Below, one piece after another: positions 60,720-64,000 of a DNA stretch of 64,000 nt (position 1 is its first letter; each line of letters begins with the position of its first letter). The notes beneath the pieces are model-generated. The model did not search any database. It was not told the DNA's origin and saw only the letters and a list, made by a program, of their open reading frames with translations. The stretch is from Candidatus Aenigmatarchaeota archaeon (lineage in GTDB: Archaea; Aenigmatarchaeota; Aenigmatarchaeia; Aenigmatarchaeales; Aenigmatarchaeaceae). Where the stretch lies: NCBI GenBank assembly GCA_043802485.1, contig JAZDKZ010000006.1, positions 2,670 to 66,669 on the forward strand. Reading direction: 5' to 3'. A program made the translations under genes and the position numbers.

Positions 60720-62360
60720 ATGAACGATATTTTTTGGTCAGACGAGATAGCAAGCCTCATGATCAATAGGAAAAAATACAATCATATTGACAAGAGGATT
60801 GAACCTTCAAAGAGCTTTGCTATAAAGAGCTCCACTTCCATATCCGGAGTTCCGCACATAGGCAATGCTTCTGATGTCATAAGGCATGATGCGGTCGTCA
60901 GGTCCTTGAAAGAAAAGGGGATGGATGTAAGGTTCATCTGGGTGGCTGAGGATATGGATGCTTTGAGAAAGGTTCCGGCAGGAATACCTGCCAACTTCGA
61001 GAAATACCTGGGCATGCCTGTTGCGGATGTGCCATGTCCTGAAGGCTGCCACAAGACCTACAGCGAGCATTTCTGCTCAAAGTTTGTTGACAGCCTGAAA
61101 GAGTTCGGGACGTATCCAGAGTACCTGTCGACCTCGAAAGAATACAGAGCAGGCAACTTTTCTAAATGGATAAAGACGGTTTTCGAGAACCTGGATGAGG
61201 TAAGAAGCATTCTCAACAAAGGCAGGAAGATCCCTCTCCCGGATGATTGGAATCCTTGGAAGCCTGTCTGCCAGAACTGTGGCAAATTAATGACGACAAA
61301 GGTGATTGGGGTTGACGGCAACAGCGTAAGATACTCTTGCGATGACTACCAGTTCAAGCCGTACGGCGAGAAGGCCTACACAAAGCTCACAGGTTGCGGT
61401 CACAAGGGAGAGAGCGACATGAAGAACGGCAAATTGCTATGGCGTGTCGAATGGGGGATGCTCTGGGCTCACTGGAAAATAAACTTGGAAGGCGCTGGCA
61501 AGGAGCATTTCATGCCGAGCGGTTCGTTCTGGAGTGCTGGCGAGGTCGCTGAAAAGATATTCGGCTGGCCGGAGCCTTATCCTGGAAAGAACTACATACA
61601 GCCTTACGAGTATCTGACGATATCAGGCAAGAAGATGTCTGCTTCTGTTGGCAATGTCGTTTCCACATGGGAATGGCCAACGTTCGCTCCGGCGCAGATA
61701 CTCAGGATGATATTTCTGAAAAAGCCGAATCGTGTGAGGGACTTTTCATATGAATATATTCCAAAGTACATGGACGAGTTCTACAGACTGCAGAGGATAT
61801 ATTTCGGCAAGGAGGAGGACGACAGGGAGGAATTCTCCAAGAGGCTCTATATGATGAGCGAGGTTTATGTGCCTGATAAGATGCCTGCGCAGATACCTTT
61901 TGAATATGCTGCCATGGTATCTCAAATGGTTCCTGAGAAAAATTCTTTAGAAAAGGCTGTGCAGTTATTCAGGGCTACAGGTCATCTTGGCCAGGATTAT
62001 GACGAAGCCAGAATCAAGAAGATTCTGAGCATGGCAAAGAACTGGTCTGACAGGTACGGAGGCGACAGCTACAAGATAAAACTTATGGAAGAGCCGTCAA
62101 GGGAATTTTTGGAAAATTTGAGCAGCGACCAGAAGAAAGCGATAAAGATGCTGGCCGAAGCGCTTGCCGAAGACTTTTCAGAGAAAGAACTTTATAATAA
62201 GATTTTTGACATAATCAAGGAGACTGGCATAAAATCAAAGGAGTTCTTTGGAGCAGTTTACAGCATCCTCTTAGGCAAGCCTTGGGGTCCCAGGCTAACT
62301 CCTTTCATATTGATAATCGGAAGAGAAAGAGTAAAAAATATTCTGGACAAGGTTCAATAG
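60720..62360 (+). CDS. lysS: Class I lysyl-tRNA synthetase
   Basis: SGVPHIGN, LRKVP, GKL.WRVEW, KMSAS.GN, GPRL. Confidence 0.96.
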   Translation: MNDIFWSDEIASLMINRKKYNHIDKRIEPSKSFAIKSSTSISGVPHIGNASDVIRHDAVVRSLKEKGMDVRFIWVAEDMDALRKVPAGIPANFEKYLGMPVADVPCPEGCHKTYSEHFCSKFVDSLKEFGTYPEYLSTSKEYRAGNFSKWIKTVFENLDEVRSILNKGRKIPLPDDWNPWKPVCQNCGKLMTTKVIGVDGNSVRYSCDDYQFKPYGEKAYTKLTGCGHKGESDMKNGKLLWRVEWGMLWAHWKINLEGAGKEHFMPSGSFWSAGEVAEKIFGWPEPYPGKNYIQPYEYLTISGKKMSASVGNVVSTWEWPTFAPAQILRMIFLKKPNRVRDFSYEYIPKYMDEFYRLQRIYFGKEEDDREEFSKRLYMMSEVYVPDKMPAQIPFEYAAMVSQMVPEKNSLEKAVQLFRATGHLGQDYDEARIKKILSMAKNWSDRYGGDSYKIKLMEEPSREFLENLSSDQKKAIKMLAEALAEDFSEKELYNKIFDIIKETGIKSKEFFGAVYSILLGKPWGPRLTPFILIIGRERVKNILDKVQ

Positions 62361-63079
62361 CCGAACCTTCTCTGCCGTCTGCTGTACTCTTTGACGCATC
62401 TTATGAGGTCCCTTTTGGTAAAGTCTGGCCAGCATTTTTTCATGACTATGAGCTCTGCGTAAGCGACCTGCCATGGCATGAAGCCGGATATCCTCTTCTC
62501 GCCTCCGGTCCTTATCAGCAGGTCTATGTCGTCCTTCACCAGCAGGTTGTCCTTTATCGTTTTTTCAGTGACTGTGACAACGCCTGTCTCCAAAGCTTTC
62601 TTGGCTATCTTCTTTACAGCCTGCGTGAGCTCGAACTTGCCGCCGTAGGCAACAAGAATATTGAAGACCCTTCTGTTGTACTTTTCAGTCTTTTTCATTA
62701 TCTTGCCCATCACTTTTCTCAAACCCAAGGGCAGTTTTGTCAGGTCTCCGACAAACCGCATTCTTATCTCATACTTGTCCAGAAAGCTCTTCTTCTCGTT
62801 CTCTAGCTTTTCTAGCTCTTTCTGGAAAAGACCTAGAAGGGCATTGACCTCCATTTTGGACCTGTTCAGGTTTTCAGTTGATAGGGCGAAAACAGAGACT
62901 TTGGGTATCTTCAAATCGACGCACCACTCGAACAATTGCTCCAGCTTCTCAGCTCCGAAAGAATGCCCTTGCCAGGGCTTTAGGCTGTGCTTAAGGGCCC
63001 ATCGTCTGTTAATGGGGTTTTACTAAACCTTTCCATCCAGGATGACGCCCAAGTGACTAGGTATTGCTGTTGCCTTCAA
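62354..63079 (-). CDS. uppS: cis-prenyltransferase (undecaprenyl diphosphate synthase family); exons 63079-63031 and 63009-62354
   Basis: IPSHLGVILDG|NRRWA after removal of 21 nt; FALSTEN, AYGG, DLLIRTGGEKRISGF, WPDF, RRFG; TTG start with GGGTGGT ribosome-binding site. Confidence 0.92.
63010..63030 (-). other. 21-nt BHB intron in uppS mRNA
   Basis: Minus strand ATGG-AA|A-GGTTT-AGTA-AAACC-CCAT-TA|A; unspliced frame contains TAG TAA. Confidence 0.85.
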
Positions 63080-63965
63080 ATAAATACCACCCTATTTTTG
63101 TTCTTTTCATTATGCCAGATTTGACTAATATGTGCAAATAAAGCAATATAGTGTTTCTGTGCATTTTAACATTATATTTTTTCTCTATATAAGTTTTCAA
63201 CTCCCTGAAATTCAGATTTTCAGGATACGAACCTCTTAATTTGCTATAAAGCTCTTTCAAAATTGGCGCTTTGGCGTTAGCCCTTACAGGGAACAACTTA
63301 ATTAGTTCTTCTATATCTGTTTTTCTATTTCCCCTGATTATTTCCAGTTTAGTCTTTTTAGGACCTTCAAGATTCTTCAAGAAGAAACCAAAAGATTTGC
63401 TATAGAAACCGTACTTCCATCTTTTCGACCATCTTTCGAACTTTCTTTTGAAAAGCTTAACTCTGAGTTTGTTTTCCTTTAGAATATAGACCATTTGATC
63501 CCTTAGCTTCTTACTTATCGATGTAAATTCTATTGTTCCGTCCAACTTCACAGAGCCGTCAAAAATCAATGCTGATGAAACAAATGATATCTTGTATTTA
63601 TTGCCTCCCTTCATGATTTCTTCTGGTATTCTGACTATGCTCCCTTTCTTTCCATAGGGAAACCCTAGGCTGTGAAGGTATGGTATCAGATGTTTATTGC
63701 CTATTCTGAACCTAAAACCTCCCTTTAGAGGTTTTATTGAGCCTTTCTTACCTGTTATCTCCTTTACCCATTCCGAGATCAACTTTACATTCTCAAACCA
63801 TTCATCCGTCAATTCGAAATAACTAGAATAATAGTGGTGACCATTCCACATCTTTTTCTGCCTGTAAATAGTGCCGTCTGTGGCAAGGGCGCCGCACAGC
63901 TTGCATATCGTAATTCCTATATTTCCTTCATGGATTTTAGAATTTGTAAGGGAAAAACCTTCCAT
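63057..63965 (-). CDS. Free-standing double-motif LAGLIDADG endonuclease-like protein with C-terminal winged helix
   Basis: LCGALATDGTI and FVSSALIFDGSV motifs, intervening LGFPYGKK..IPEEI; overlaps the uppS start. Confidence 0.8.
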   Translation of the reverse strand: MEGFSLTNSKIHEGNIGITICKLCGALATDGTIYRQKKMWNGHHYYSSYFELTDEWFENVKLISEWVKEITGKKGSIKPLKGGFRFRIGNKHLIPYLHSLGFPYGKKGSIVRIPEEIMKGGNKYKISFVSSALIFDGSVKLDGTIEFTSISKKLRDQMVYILKENKLRVKLFKRKFERWSKRWKYGFYSKSFGFFLKNLEGPKKTKLEIIRGNRKTDIEELIKLFPVRANAKAPILKELYSKLRGSYPENLNFRELKTYIEKKYNVKMHRNTILLYLHILVKSGIMKRTKIGWYLFEGNSNT

Positions 63966-64000
63966 GAGAACTTTATTACATTCTCTGCTTAAATCTGTTT

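Noticed and set aside
63010-63030. Stop-codon readthrough or recoding as explanation for the uppS stops
   Set aside because: Two consecutive different stops (TAG TAA) and a 7-codon insertion in the invariant DGNRR motif would not give an active enzyme; BHB excision restores the motif exactly.
1-64000. CRISPR arrays, transposases, integrases and inteins
   Set aside because: No regularly spaced repeats or recognisable transposase/integrase motifs were seen; RtcB, aIF5B and RNA polymerase ORFs have no large insertions.

Overview
Archaeal chromosomal window, probably from a DPANN lineage (possibly Aenigmatarchaeota; this is inferred from gene content and unlinked rRNA genes). It carries a stand-alone 23S rRNA with a bulge-helix-bulge (BHB) processing stem and a 227-nt BHB intron, RNase P RNA, an unlinked 5S rRNA and five tRNAs, three of which contain introns. 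Protein genes include TBP, leuA, a type IV pilus locus, ArgRS, class I LysRS, archease and RtcB, isoprenoid genes, aIF5B, aIF2-gamma and the RNA polymerase operon. The most notable observations are: (1) a 21-nt BHB intron with in-frame stops inside the catalytic DGNRR codons of the protein-coding gene uppS, directly downstream of a free-standing LAGLIDADG gene; (2) a Leu-rich leader peptide plus an RNA structure upstream of leuA that resembles an attenuator; (3) a RiPP-like operon of TudS-like protein, precursor peptide, radical SAM enzyme and PqqD/RRE; (4) a fused Rpo2-Rpo1N RNA polymerase ORF; (5) covarying substitutions in the peptidyl-transferase centre. All calls come from reading the sequence by eye; no searches were run.
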